Part shown: piece by piece, positions 21,261-33,300 of the stretch
How the letters are laid out: each line of letters starts with the position of its first letter
Position numbering within the stretch: position 1 is the first letter of the stretch
Assembly: GCA_020184695.1 (NCBI GenBank)
Contig: JAANOX010000212.1
Location: 6,504-70,503, forward strand
Direction: 5' to 3'
DNA length: 64,000 nucleotides
Origin: Histomonas meleagridis 2922-C6/04-290x
Taxonomy: Eukaryota > Protista > Parabasalia
The notes under the pieces: generated by a model
What the model was told of the DNA's origin: nothing
The model's input: the letters and a program-made list of their open reading frames with translations, nothing else
Databases searched by the model: none
Translations under genes and position numbers: made by a program

Positions 21261-21667
21261 TATTTATTATTTCTTTTTAGAAAAAGTTTCTTACATCAGT
21301 GAGGACATTTGAATTTTGTGAAAGTATTTTGCGTTTCATAAAAAAATTGAAATAAACAATCCATAATCGTCTTTGTGAAATCCACAAAATGTTTTATATC
21401 GCACTTTTGAGATAAAGTACTTAATACTTGTTTATCGAAGTCAGAAGAAATTTTAAACCTCAGACTATGTTTACTGTTTTCTTTTAATTTTATTCAAATA
21501 TCATAAGATTCTGGACGAACCAAAAACGAAAAGTTCTTATGCTTTTCCGATTATCTCATTTATTACCAATTTCATCAGTTAATTGGATAAAGCAGTTTTA
21601 AGAAATGAAATCATTCACTATTTGAATTGATTATAATCGTTATTGACACAAATCAAAGAAATTTTTT

Positions 21668-22996
21668 TCCTCCACAAACAAAACGAGCTCCATCAAGTCT
21701 GGTTGGCTAAGTAAGCAAAGCTTATTTTTTAAGACGTGGGAGAAGCGGTGGTTCACGTTAGTTGGCACATGTATTTGTTATAGTAAAAATCCAGGAAAGA
21801 AAGAAAAAGTTTATATCGAATTAAAACACGCATCCTCAGTCGAACTTGCTCCAGAATGCAAGAAGCAGCCCGCGTTTAAAGTTGTTATACCAGGATCACG
21901 TACTTTTATGCTATTAGCCCCAAGTCAGGCGGAGTGCCAATCCTGGGTAGAAGCGTGCAAAAAATCCCAAAAAGGAATCGAAAACAAAAAAGAAAAGAAA
22001 GGACAGAAATTTCAAGCAGATGGAATCTGTCTTGACGATTTTAATCTTGTTCTAGTCCTTGGAAGAGGCAAATATGGAAAAATACAACTTGTTCAATGTA
22101 AACGCGATGGCGAATTATATGCGATGAAAGAAATTTATCAAAAATTTCTCGAAACAGAACAAATCGAACAAATAATTACAGAGCGCAATGTGTTACTTAA
22201 GGCGCGGCATCCGTTTTTAGTGGCATTGCATCATACATTCCAAACTCCAAGAAAAATTTATTTGATATTAGAATATGTACCAGGCAAAGAATTGTTTTCC
22301 CATCTAAAAGACGACAGCCGTTTCAGTGAGCAACGTACCGTATTATATGCGGCCGAAATTTTACTTGGCTTAGGTTATCTCCACAAATTAGGATTCATAT
22401 ATCGAGACTTATGTTCCGAAAATATTCTCGTTGACAAAGACGGACATCTTAAGATCACTTGTTTTAGTCTTGCGTCATTTTGTTGTTGGTATTCACCGGA
22501 ATACATTGCGCCCGAAATGTTACAGCAACAGAAATGCACACGTGCAGTTGATTGGTGGAGTTATGGAACTTTAGTCTATGAGATGCTTACGGGACTTCCG
22601 CCATTCTATGATGAGAATACACAAAAAATGTATCAAATGATATTGAAAGAACATGTTGTATTTCCTTCATATGTTTCGGAAGTTGCAAAAGATTTGATTA
22701 CGAAATTGTTGGATAAAAATCCTGCAACAAGATTAGGAGCATCTGAAGAAGATGTGGAAGAGATCAAGAGACATCCGTTCTTTTCTTCGTTGAATTGGAA
22801 TGACGTGTTGGAAAAAAGATACACGCCAGAATGGGTTCCTGAGATAAGAAATGAAACTGATATGGATTACACATCTGATTATGTGTGTTTCCCAGATGAA
22901 CTTGCTGTTACTTTTGAAGATGACACAAATATGCTGGATCAACAGGAATTCGTAGGTTTTACTTGTGGAAATGATGTTATGTTCGATGATATCTAA
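21668..22996 (+). pseudogene. PH-domain AGC (Akt/PKB-like) kinase, degenerate: no ATG before the PH domain, DFG lost, activation loop deleted
   Basis: An in-frame PH domain (IKSGWLSKQSLFFKTWEKRWFTL...) lies upstream of the track ATG at 21908, after a TGA at 21644 and with no ATG in between. Kinase motifs: YRDLCSEN, ITCFSL, PEYIAPE, VDWWSYG. The AGC tail ends EFVGFT. Confidence 0.65.
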
Positions 22997-24102
22997 AAAA
23001 TTTACGAAAAATTTGATTTTTAATTAGCACATCAAAATGACACTTTTTTTGCTAATGTGTTATTGTTTTGTTTTAGAAAATGAATTTTTTATGTGTTTGT
23101 GTAGTGATTTATGTTAGTGCGTTTAAATCACATGGTTTTGTCTTTATTGCAATAAAATTTATATGATGTATTTTCGAATATTTAGGTAGCATAAGAAACA
23201 TCAGATTATGATAAAAATACAAAAACAAAAAATCGCAAGCTATTCATAGAAATTTCAAATATAAAGAAAAAACAAGAAAAAATATAATAGAAAACAAAAA
23301 AACAGATCAAAAAATAATAATTTCCTATCGGCCTTTTTTTTTAATCATCGTTGAAAAAATATTACAAGATTTGAAGAACTTCTTCTTGATTTGATTTTAA
23401 ACCACTTGAAGCATATCATTTGGCAACAATAGGGTGTTGTTAAGTATTTCACATTTGTAATTTTTATATCATTAATGACGTAAATCTTTTCTTCCAGGAG
23501 TACTAAAATTAGACATCATTTGTTTTTCTCGATTTATTTAAGCAATTTAAAAAACTTCAAAAGTGAAGTGAAAAAAGAAAAAAAAAAAATGATAAAGAAA
23601 TTGATGTTTTCTTTAGTGAAGCTTCAGCTGATCAAGCACTGGCGGCTCCACTCTATGATGGAGATAAGAAGCCTTTTCGAGAAATCCTTGGAGATTACAA
23701 AAAGAAGAGGAATATCCAAACAAAAAGGAGTAATTCGTAATCCTAATTTGGATTTACAAATATTTTTAAATTTTGAATAAAATAATAATCACGATTTTTC
23801 ACAATTCCAATAAGACTTGTTTTTAATTAATAAAGTGAGTGAGAAAAGTTCATTCATTATATGCATCATTTACCTCAAAAAGCACGAAATTATAAGTTAA
23901 CCTTATTTTTATGATGAAAATTTGTTTCAAAATAGTTCAGAAAATTGAAATAAAAACAACCCATTAAAATCCGACCGTTAAAATGCATGAAGAGAATCAA
24001 ATTAAAATCTGTGACTATTAATTGAAAAAGTTAATAACGATTCAATTTAGCGGTTTTGGTATGAAGAAAAAAGATAACCGCATTCTGTCAAACCCCAGCA
24101 AA

Positions 24103-26202
24103 ATGAAAAGAGAAATTATTGATAAACTCTTTAATATACAATTAACTGCAGGCTGTGATAAAGTAAAATGTTCGAACGTGTATTGTAAAAACTGTCCAAA
24201 GTTTAAATTTCCAAATTTAACTCACGATGAAATAATTATGAAAGCAAAAGAACTTGCAAATACCCCACATTGCACAAAGTTGATTTGTAAAACCCATCCT
24301 AAATATCATGTAGATCAAGATTTCAAGCAATATCTTAATTTGTTTAAAGATTGGGTGCAAGTTTTTTTAGATTCCCCAAACAAAAATATTCCAGAAATCA
24401 AAGAAAAGATTGTAATTATGAGGAAATACCTACCATTTTTATTATTTGAAAATGAAGGTTATTTGTCTATTCATAATCCTTCTCTTAATGATAAACTCTT
24501 TTTTGATTTTGTCAGTAAATTATCATCAATTCCTGAAGTTGCTGAAGACATTCAAAATATGTTACTCAAAAACATCGGAAAAATTGTTTCAAATGAACTT
24601 GGGACATATTCATCTATTCGTTCATTTATACTTTTATTCTATTTTCCAGCAATGCTTAATGCAGCCGAGCTTGATCGTATGATGAAGCCTATTATGAGGT
24701 ATTTATTCTCACCACCACCTGCTGCAAGGCCAATTCTTGTTTCTTGGTTCTCAAAACTGCAAAATGCTCTCAATTCAGCTGTCGGTTTCTGTCAATTTAA
24801 CATATCGACATATTTTGCAAATCACATTTCAGTTGACCCACATAACCAAACAGTTTATAACTTAGTTATAGGTCTTGGTCTACTTTTCGAAGCTAATCAA
24901 AACTCAATTTTCCACTTATCTTCACAAATTTTTTACAGTTATCATATAAACTCAAGAATTGATCCATCAAATGAAATCTCAAAATTATCAAAATCTTTCA
25001 CAAGATTTCCATACGTGATATCACTCCAAAACAAGGCAAAGATTTGTCAAATCGAATCAGAAACATTAATGATGACAATGCTTTTATCTTCGGTCGTTAA
25101 GGGTTTCATCCGTTCTTTTGTCACAGACAATGTTAACATTGAGCCATTCTTTGAGGTGAACATTAGGAGAGACCATTTAATTGAAGATGCAACTCGTCAA
25201 CTTATTGGTCAAAAAAAGACAAAATACTTGAAAAAATTGACAGTTGTTTTCGATGGGGAAGCAGCTGTTGATGCTGGTGGTCCATCTCGTGAATTCTTGT
25301 ATTTGATATCAGAACAACTTTTTTCACCTGACTATGGTATGTTTAAAGTTGTCGAAGACCGCTATCTTTGGTTTACTATGGGAACTTATGAAAGTAATAG
25401 ATCATTTATTCTTGTTGGAATAATTATTGGTCTTGCCATCTATAACTCTATTGTCTTGCCAATTCGATTTCCATATGTTCTTTTCAAGAAGATTCTCAAT
25501 CCTACTCAAAAACTTAATCTAAATGATTTAAGTCAAATTGATTCTTCTCTTGCGAAGTCATTAATGGACCTTCAAGAGATGAAAGAAAGAGGAGATGACA
25601 TTTCTGACTTGTGCCTTACATTCCAAGTTACATATGATGTTTTTGGAGAAAGAGTTACGAAACCATTAATTGAAGGAATGGAAGATCAAGAGGTCAACAA
25701 CGAGAATGTTGACCAATACATTGATGCATATATTGACTTTATGTTAGTTAAGTCGATTGACACACAATTCCAAGGTTTTGTTAAAGGCTTTAAGAAACCT
25801 TGTCGAACGAATGCGTACTCGTTGCTTGACCCGTCTGAAATGGATATCCTTTTAAGTGGTGAGGAAGTTCTTGATTGGGGCGGCCTTAAACGGAGCGCCG
25901 AATATTCCGACGGTTATGACGCAAATTCACAGGCGGTTAAGTGGTTTTGGGAGGTTTTCAATACGTTTAATAATGACGAGAAGAAGCAATTCCTCAAATT
26001 TTCGACTGGTACTGATAGAGCGCCATTTGGTGGGTTAGAAAATGTTCATATTACATTTCAACGATCTGCAGATACAAACGCTCTTCCAGTTTCACATACA
26101 TGTTTTAACATCTTCACTCTTCCCGATTATCCATCGAAAGAAATCCTTGAACGAAACGTCAAAATCGCAATCAAGTACACAGAAGGATTTGGTTTTGTCT
26201 AA
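24103..26202 (+). CDS. HECT E3 ubiquitin ligase with an N-terminal AZUL-like Zn motif (UBE3A/E6AP-like)
   Basis: QLTAGCDKVKCSNVYCKNC; IRRDHLIEDA; FDGEAAVDAGGPSREF; LPVSHTCFN (catalytic Cys); ends EGFGFV. The ATG at 24103 is preferred over the track TTG at 24022. Confidence 0.9.
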   Translation: MKREIIDKLFNIQLTAGCDKVKCSNVYCKNCPKFKFPNLTHDEIIMKAKELANTPHCTKLICKTHPKYHVDQDFKQYLNLFKDWVQVFLDSPNKNIPEIKEKIVIMRKYLPFLLFENEGYLSIHNPSLNDKLFFDFVSKLSSIPEVAEDIQNMLLKNIGKIVSNELGTYSSIRSFILLFYFPAMLNAAELDRMMKPIMRYLFSPPPAARPILVSWFSKLQNALNSAVGFCQFNISTYFANHISVDPHNQTVYNLVIGLGLLFEANQNSIFHLSSQIFYSYHINSRIDPSNEISKLSKSFTRFPYVISLQNKAKICQIESETLMMTMLLSSVVKGFIRSFVTDNVNIEPFFEVNIRRDHLIEDATRQLIGQKKTKYLKKLTVVFDGEAAVDAGGPSREFLYLISEQLFSPDYGMFKVVEDRYLWFTMGTYESNRSFILVGIIIGLAIYNSIVLPIRFPYVLFKKILNPTQKLNLNDLSQIDSSLAKSLMDLQEMKERGDDISDLCLTFQVTYDVFGERVTKPLIEGMEDQEVNNENVDQYIDAYIDFMLVKSIDTQFQGFVKGFKKPCRTNAYSLLDPSEMDILLSGEEVLDWGGLKRSAEYSDGYDANSQAVKWFWEVFNTFNNDEKKQFLKFSTGTDRAPFGGLENVHITFQRSADTNALPVSHTCFNIFTLPDYPSKEILERNVKIAIKYTEGFGFV

Positions 26203-26264
26203 TTTTATAAATAATCTAAAAATACAAATAAAGCAGTTTGAATTTATTCATAATAAAATCCAAT

Positions 26265-27188
26265 CTATGGAGCACCGGCTATCTTATCTAACTCTTGTAT
26301 CATATTTTGAACCATATTAACAAGTCCCATGTCAGGTTCCAAATTGCAAAGTTCAAGCTCGTCGTCGTTGTCATCATCAGCTTCCATCCATGGGTGCTGA
26401 AGGATGTCGTCGGCAGTTGGTCTTTCATTTGGATCAACATTCAACATATTAAATAATAGATTTTCTAATTCAAAACTAATGCCTTCAGGAAGTATTATGC
26501 TACCACTGATGATTTGACGAGCTGTTTCGTGAACAATTCTCTCTGGTGGTAAACTTTCATCTGATGCCCATGGAAAATGATTTGCAACCATCGCATATAA
26601 AACTATACCGGCAGACCAAATGTCGGCTTTCATTCCGTCGTATGGTTCTTCTTTGATAATTTCTGGTGCAGCATATACTAAAGTTCCGCATGTGGTCAAA
26701 AGTAATGATCCTGGATTTTGTTGTTTGCATAAACCGAAATCAGTTAACTTAGCATGACCATTTGAAGTGACTAATATGTTTTCAAGCTTTATATCACGAT
26801 GAGCAATGCCTAATTGATGAATATATGAGATGGCACTCATTATCTGTTTAAAATAGTGTCGTGCTTGGTTCTCAGGTAAACCACCTGCTGACATTACAGC
26901 ATCGTTCAAATCACCTCCATCACATAACTCTATAAAGATATAAATATTTTCTTTGTCGACAATGACATCCAGAAGCTGTGTTATGCTAGGATGTCTAATT
27001 TGGCTGTGAATAATAAGTTCTTTTTTGAAATGAGAAAGGAATTCTGGATTTTTGCAATTTTCTATGTCGACAATTTTGCATGCGACCAATTCTCCTGTGG
27101 TTATGCTTTTGCATTCCCAAACGCCACCAAATGTTCCTGAGTTTAAGAATCTAATGAATTTGTAGGCACCAATCGATTGGATGGACAT
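26265..27188 (-). CDS. CAMK-group Ser/Thr kinase, catalytically intact
   Basis: GTFGGV, ACK, HRDIKLEN, DFGLC, TTCGTLVYAAPE, DIWSAG. Inr TCACT precedes the ATG. Confidence 0.92.
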   Translation of the reverse strand: MSIQSIGAYKFIRFLNSGTFGGVWECKSITTGELVACKIVDIENCKNPEFLSHFKKELIIHSQIRHPSITQLLDVIVDKENIYIFIELCDGGDLNDAVMSAGGLPENQARHYFKQIMSAISYIHQLGIAHRDIKLENILVTSNGHAKLTDFGLCKQQNPGSLLLTTCGTLVYAAPEIIKEEPYDGMKADIWSAGIVLYAMVANHFPWASDESLPPERIVHETARQIISGSIILPEGISFELENLLFNMLNVDPNERPTADDILQHPWMEADDDNDDELELCNLEPDMGLVNMVQNMIQELDKIAGAP

Positions 27189-28380
27189 GCTTGTAGTGAT
27201 TTGTCACTTTTTATAAAAGTTAATAGTAGTGATTTGACTAGCTTAGTTCGAATCTAACAAAAACCTATGGGTTATGATCGTTTTTTATTCAATTGAAAAT
27301 ATAAGGATTTCTTATGTCGGAAAATCATTATTGGGTATACTAAGAAAATAACATGAAACAACATTATGTTTTTATTTAGAGGATTAGCAAAGATTCAATA
27401 TATTGATTTATTGAGTACTAAAAATAGTATTGTGAAGAGTTAGATAAAAATGATTTCATAAGGAAAGTTCATTTCTTATAAATATTTTATATAAGATATA
27501 TATAATATTTCTTATGTGTTTAAATCGTTTAAATATGCACTTAATGGAAACTATATTGGAAATATAGAGATATTTTTATTTTAATTTGAATGGTAAGTAA
27601 ACTGCACAAAAAAATTTATGACATAAATAATTGAATTCAATTTGATCTAAAATTGTATAAAACCGCAAATAAATTGAATACAAAATTTGGTATTGAAACC
27701 AAATGACCGTTTGGAAAAATTAGGCCTCTTTGCTTTTGTGCAAAAAAGATAGCTGTCACAGATTCTTTGGAGTTAATAAATCACCTGCAATGCTGTAAAT
27801 AAATCACCAGTTAAAATTTGAGATGAAAATTATAAATTTAAATAAAAAAGATTTTTTCATTTCGAGTTAAATATTTGATTTACTTCCTACGATGGCATAA
27901 AATAAAGATTCTTGAACAAATCTTAGTCATTACAACAATAAAATTTGTTGTAAAAATTTTGATATTGAATTCACTTATGCATTAAAATTTTTATGAATGC
28001 ATATTATTTATTAAATAATATAAAGCATACCTTTAAGAGACAACATTTAACAAGATGCTTCTAGATTAATTTGTCAAAATATAAGAAATAACATATAAAA
28101 ATATTAAAATGTGGGGAACTTACTCATTGTCTGTAATTTGATCTCAAATATATTATATAATGCTGTAGGAGAAAATAAAATCAAAATCCATTAATTGAAA
28201 AATTTTTCAAACAATTCGAAAAACAATCTAACAAACAATTAAACAAGGAAACAAATTCCTTTTTAAATAATCATTAATGATTATCAATGCATTGCATAAA
28301 CACGTTGTTTTCTTGGATAAGACATTATGTATTTTTTTTGAGTGTCTTTGTTCGAACAAAGCTTGTCATTTATTTTGTCA

Positions 28381-28905
28381 ATGACATTCAAGCTCCCTGA
28401 CAAATCAACAAAGATCCCAAAGTCAACTTTTGCTCTTTTGTTTGGTGAAGTGGTTCAATATTGTCATCAGAAAGTTGATTCTTTGGATCAATTTGCAAAA
28501 CAACTTCAAGCAATGGGATATCCAATTGGATGCACAGTTCTTGAAGTTCTTTCGCAAGGATCACAGTCCCTCAAAAGGCCAGCAAAGGAAGTTCCAATGC
28601 TCATTCTAATAAAAGAAAAAATATGGCCATTCTTATTTGGCAACCAAGCAAATGATCTCGAACAACAACTTGATGATCCAAACTGTTACATGATATACGA
28701 TGAAAAGCCAATGGTTGTTCAATTCATTTCACATCCTCAAGATATTAAGAATCATTTTAGTTGTTGTTCTTTTGTCGCAGGAATTATCGAAGGAATTCTT
28801 TGCTCAGCAGGCTTTGCTTGCCAGGTGTCAACGCATCCTAGCCCTGCACCTAACGCTCCTGACAAAGTCATTTATCTTGTGAAATTTGTTGGATCAAGGC
28901 AGTGA
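28381..28905 (+). CDS. TRAPPC5: TRAPP complex subunit Trs31/TRAPPC5
   Basis: STFALLFGEVVQYC, LQAMGYPIG, IWPFLFG, FSCCSFVAGIIEGIL. The ATG at 28381 follows Inr-like TCATT. Confidence 0.85.
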   Translation: MTFKLPDKSTKIPKSTFALLFGEVVQYCHQKVDSLDQFAKQLQAMGYPIGCTVLEVLSQGSQSLKRPAKEVPMLILIKEKIWPFLFGNQANDLEQQLDDPNCYMIYDEKPMVVQFISHPQDIKNHFSCCSFVAGIIEGILCSAGFACQVSTHPSPAPNAPDKVIYLVKFVGSRQ

Positions 28906-29288
28906 TACTCAAACAAACATAGTCAATTTTAAATGAATAAACGATGGCTCCAACTCCGAAATCTTTTTGAAGGTTCTCATTCTAGCTATAATGGTTCAAA
29001 TGGAACTTGCCATTCTTATGTATCGTAACCATGTCTATTCTTCATATGAATTCGAAATGTTTCTGAAAAATTAATTATTTAATTAACAATAAATTTAACA
29101 AATACTATTTTATAATAAGTGCCTTTAGCATTGGAGACTATTTTGTTAAAGAAAGATAGAAGCAATTTTATCAGGAAAAAAGAGATTCATCTCACTTTTA
29201 TCTGCCCAGAAATTTTGGCGCCGAAAAAATTAGAAGCCGTTTTTTTTAACAAGCTTTGTTCAAATAGACATTCAGAACCGGGGTTTAA

Positions 29289-30197
29289 ATGTACGAGCTC
29301 TTATCTAATCACGAACCACATTTTATATTTCTATCAAACAGTGGATACATTCAGTTTATGTCTGGCGTATTTTTTGCATTTCTGATCCTTCTAATGCTTT
29401 CAGTGAAAAAGAAACAATTTCATTTTATCTGGTTTTTCATAGGACCATTAATATCAGGTATCATATTCAACAGTTTACCAAATGCAGTAAGTGCTCCGCT
29501 TCGTTTAATCATACAGTTCCTTGATTTTCCCATTTGTGTTTTAGAAGCCGTTTTATATGTTCAGCTTGTTGCATCAGTTTCTCGTTTTCTCCTTCAGAAA
29601 TTTTCTCCAAATCCGAAGAAAACTATCCCTGAAAGGTCATTATTATTTATAATTGTAAATTCAATAATATCAGTAATATGTTTAACAGCGGGAATCGTTT
29701 TTCTTCTTTATGGATTTGACAAAAGGCTTATAAGGAAGTCACATGGAGCTGCTTTTGCAGGCTTAATCGGAAGTTTTATTCTTACAATAACAGCAGATAA
29801 TGGTATTATTTCTGATCCATGCTTCATATTTCTAAGAGTTTCTTTATCACTTTCTCCAATCACTTCAGCTTCTGCTGGATTTTTAACAGTGATTCTTCGA
29901 TTGTTTTTGGTAATCTCATCATTTATATCTATTAAATTTAATTATGGAGAAGAGAAGAAATTGTTGAAAAAATCGAAGAATTCTATCATCGAAACTGTTT
30001 ATTATATTACTCAGAGTGTTACATCAAAAAGATCTGGAACAGCATTAGTTTGCTTACTTGTTTCATTTGTCTTCCTTTCACAAGATGCTTTTATACGTCC
30101 CACTCCACGCATTTGTGATTGGCAGTCAATACTTTGTCCGGCTGTATACATATTCTTTTTCTATTTCGAGATCTATAATTTTCAGAGTTCTTTATGA
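29289..30197 (+). CDS. Multi-pass membrane protein of unknown function (weak ICE2/Serinc-like resemblance)
   Basis: 302-aa ORF with about 7-8 hydrophobic segments; possible alternative start MSGVFF at 29358. Confidence 0.65.
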   Translation: MYELLSNHEPHFIFLSNSGYIQFMSGVFFAFLILLMLSVKKKQFHFIWFFIGPLISGIIFNSLPNAVSAPLRLIIQFLDFPICVLEAVLYVQLVASVSRFLLQKFSPNPKKTIPERSLLFIIVNSIISVICLTAGIVFLLYGFDKRLIRKSHGAAFAGLIGSFILTITADNGIISDPCFIFLRVSLSLSPITSASAGFLTVILRLFLVISSFISIKFNYGEEKKLLKKSKNSIIETVYYITQSVTSKRSGTALVCLLVSFVFLSQDAFIRPTPRICDWQSILCPAVYIFFFYFEIYNFQSSL

Positions 30198-30331
30198 ATA
30201 AAAGTTTATTTTTTTTTACTTAAAGCTTTAATCTGAGCTGTTTATTATTAATTAGGCTTAATGCTTCGAGAAGAGGAAAAAAGCCCATAAATTAGGGCAC
30301 CCCGAACGTATAAAAGTACCTTCTAAAGCAA

Positions 30332-33300
30332 ATGGAAAAAAGCAGAGGAATGATTCGGACAAATAATATAAATTTCAATTCTCTTAAGGATGAATATGGA
30401 TCAGATTACGATTTTGAATACTCAGAAGGCGAAACATCGGAAGATCTAAGTTTAAATTTGAATTCAAGACATACTTTTTTTCGAACAATTGAACAGCATT
30501 TAAATTCCATTGATCCAAATGTTCCAAATAATAGTACTATATCAAATCTTTGTGATTATGATGAAGAAGATTTTGCAATAGATAGAAAAAATCGCCCTTT
30601 TATTCCTCGAAAAGAAGTCAGAGTACTACCAATTGATCATGCGATTATTATGGTTTTTAGTTATTCACAATTAACTTTTCCAAAATCAGAATATAATCAC
30701 ACATTTCCACCAAATATTCATTGGATCAATCCAAAAAATACGCCTCTTAATGATTTAGTTTCAAATGTACAATATTCGTATCATTTATTATATCAAAAAC
30801 TTCGGACTCAACTTAGTTTTCAACACATTGCAGCACCTTCAGCAGATAAACTTAATCAACTTAAAAACATTCGTCGAGATAAATCAATTTCACGAGTTTT
30901 ATTTCATTATGTAGGATATGGTTATCCAATTACAGAGGATGGAAACATTTATTCGTATAATCCTTTATCAAACTCATTTTTGGGGTACCCCATACAGAGC
31001 TTATTCAAAACTATTGGGACACCCCTATTTTTTATATTTGATTGTGATAAAGCTGGATCTTTGCTTCAACCATTAATTTCATGTGCTAATGAATTATTAG
31101 GAACAGAAAAACCAAAAAATACAAAAGGAATTGTGATGAAAACAGATTGGGAAGATTGGTTTGCATTTTTTTCAACAGGTGTTAATGAATTTTTACCTGA
31201 GGATTCACATTTGCCTCGCGACTTCCTTACATCCTGTTTGTTAACACCCATTCAAATTTCAATTGTTTGTCATATTCTAAGATATTATTCAACTTCATTT
31301 AAAGAACCTGATTTTCCATTAGCTTATCTTGAAAAAGCATGTAATAATGAGGAAGTTGATCGTTTATCTATATTACTTGATTCTATTATAGATGCAATTG
31401 CTTCGGACTATCTTAAACCTAAATTATTTTCTCAACTTTTTCGGAAGGACCGACTTATTTCTATTTTGTTACGTCGATTTATTCTTGCCAAATATCTTTT
31501 AAACTTTTATAATGTTCATCCAATGTCTTATCCACAAATTCCTGACATGCATCATCATTCCTTATGGATTCAATGGGAACATACACTAGATCTTTGGGTT
31601 ACAACCAATTTAATTCCACCACCGACTTATATTGATGATTTTTATTTAAACATCATTCAAACCTTTTCTACATCTTTTCAATTACAATGTCCAATCCGTC
31701 AATCCCTTCTTACGTTAATGTGTTTTGCACCATTTTCTGGGGGTAAAACATGTAATCAAGCATTAAATTCACTTTCCCAATTTTCATCTGCGACCGCCGA
31801 AAACCGCGTTTCCATATCACATGTCGTTGTCTTTCATTCATTTGTTGCCAAATTATTAACCAAAGATATTACACCTGAAGAATATCATAACTTAGCTTAT
31901 TTAGTTCTTACGTTAATTGAAATGGACTTAAACATTGTATTTGAAATTCGGAAAGAATTAAATTTTGAATCATTAATTGATTATTTATTTGATGACACGC
32001 AAAATTCCATAACACGTTCATTCATTGCAGCGATATTATCATCAATAATGATCAGTATGAAGACCGTCAAAATCTTATGTCAACGAAAAGAATTTTTAAT
32101 TAAACTCAAAAACGAAATACCAAAAGCGTCATCACAACTATTGTTATGGTTGTTATTATTATTAAAGCGTACTTATGATATTATACCCATTGATATCATA
32201 CATTATTATAATGAGTCATTACATATTCAAATTGCGTCATGTGTATTTCATAATTCTTATGAATGTCGAGCTGCTGCAATTAATGCGTTAACAAGTTTTA
32301 TACAGAATGAAGATAACCAAGTTAATTATTATATATTATTATTAACTATTCCATGCATTTATGATATTTCTTATATAGTTCGATATCAATTATTATTATT
32401 AATTATTAAATTCATATCAACACATTTAGATAATATTAATTCGGTGAAAATCGAAGAAAATACAAATGAAATTAAATCATTTTCGGAATTTTTACAAAAA
32501 TGTTATTTAAATAAATTCCAAATAAATTTCGTTACATATTTAAAAATAGTTGATGAAACTATAAACAATGAAAACTTCAAAGATATGTTTCCTAAAATTA
32601 TATATTATTTATTGGATTATTTCTCTCATGATCCACATCCGTCAATTAAAATCGCGGCAATTAAACCACAATCAATGTTTAGGAAGTTAATGGAAGATTC
32701 GAAAACATTTATTAATAATATGTTCCATTCATCATTAACACCGCCGACTTTCTTAAGTTATAGTAGTAATTCACCATCGTTTAATAACGACGCAGTATTT
32801 TTAGATGAAGAAAACTCATCAACAGATGAAAGTTATAATAACAACAATACATTTAATAATTATTTCGATAATGACTTTGATACATTATATAATATATCAT
32901 TACGACAATTAGTTCGGAGTAAACAAATCAACATCAAAAATAATAATAATAACAATAATAAAACGAATACAAATAAAATTATTAATAACAATAAAAAAGT
33001 GTTAATTCCACAAATACAATTAAGAGCTATTACTAATATTAATAACATTAATAATAATCAACAACAAAACATTACAAATATAATAATATGTAATGAAACT
33101 TCATCGATAATAATTTCCACTAAAAACAAATGGATACATTCATATGACGAAAGTTTAAAGCCAATCAGTAAAATACGTCCGAGTGATTATGACGTCAGTG
33201 ACTTACAAATCATTAAGTTAAATGGGCGTAACTTAGTATTAATATGTACAATGGACGGATGTATCCATTTATGGGATTATAAGACTAAAGAATGTAATAC

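Noticed and set aside
23567-23740. Short coding-like frame DVFFSEASADQALAAPLYDGDKKPFREILGDYKKKR
   Set aside because: No ATG after the upstream TGA and no recognisable family; at most pseudogene debris. The track ORF 23520-23780 is in another frame and looks spurious.
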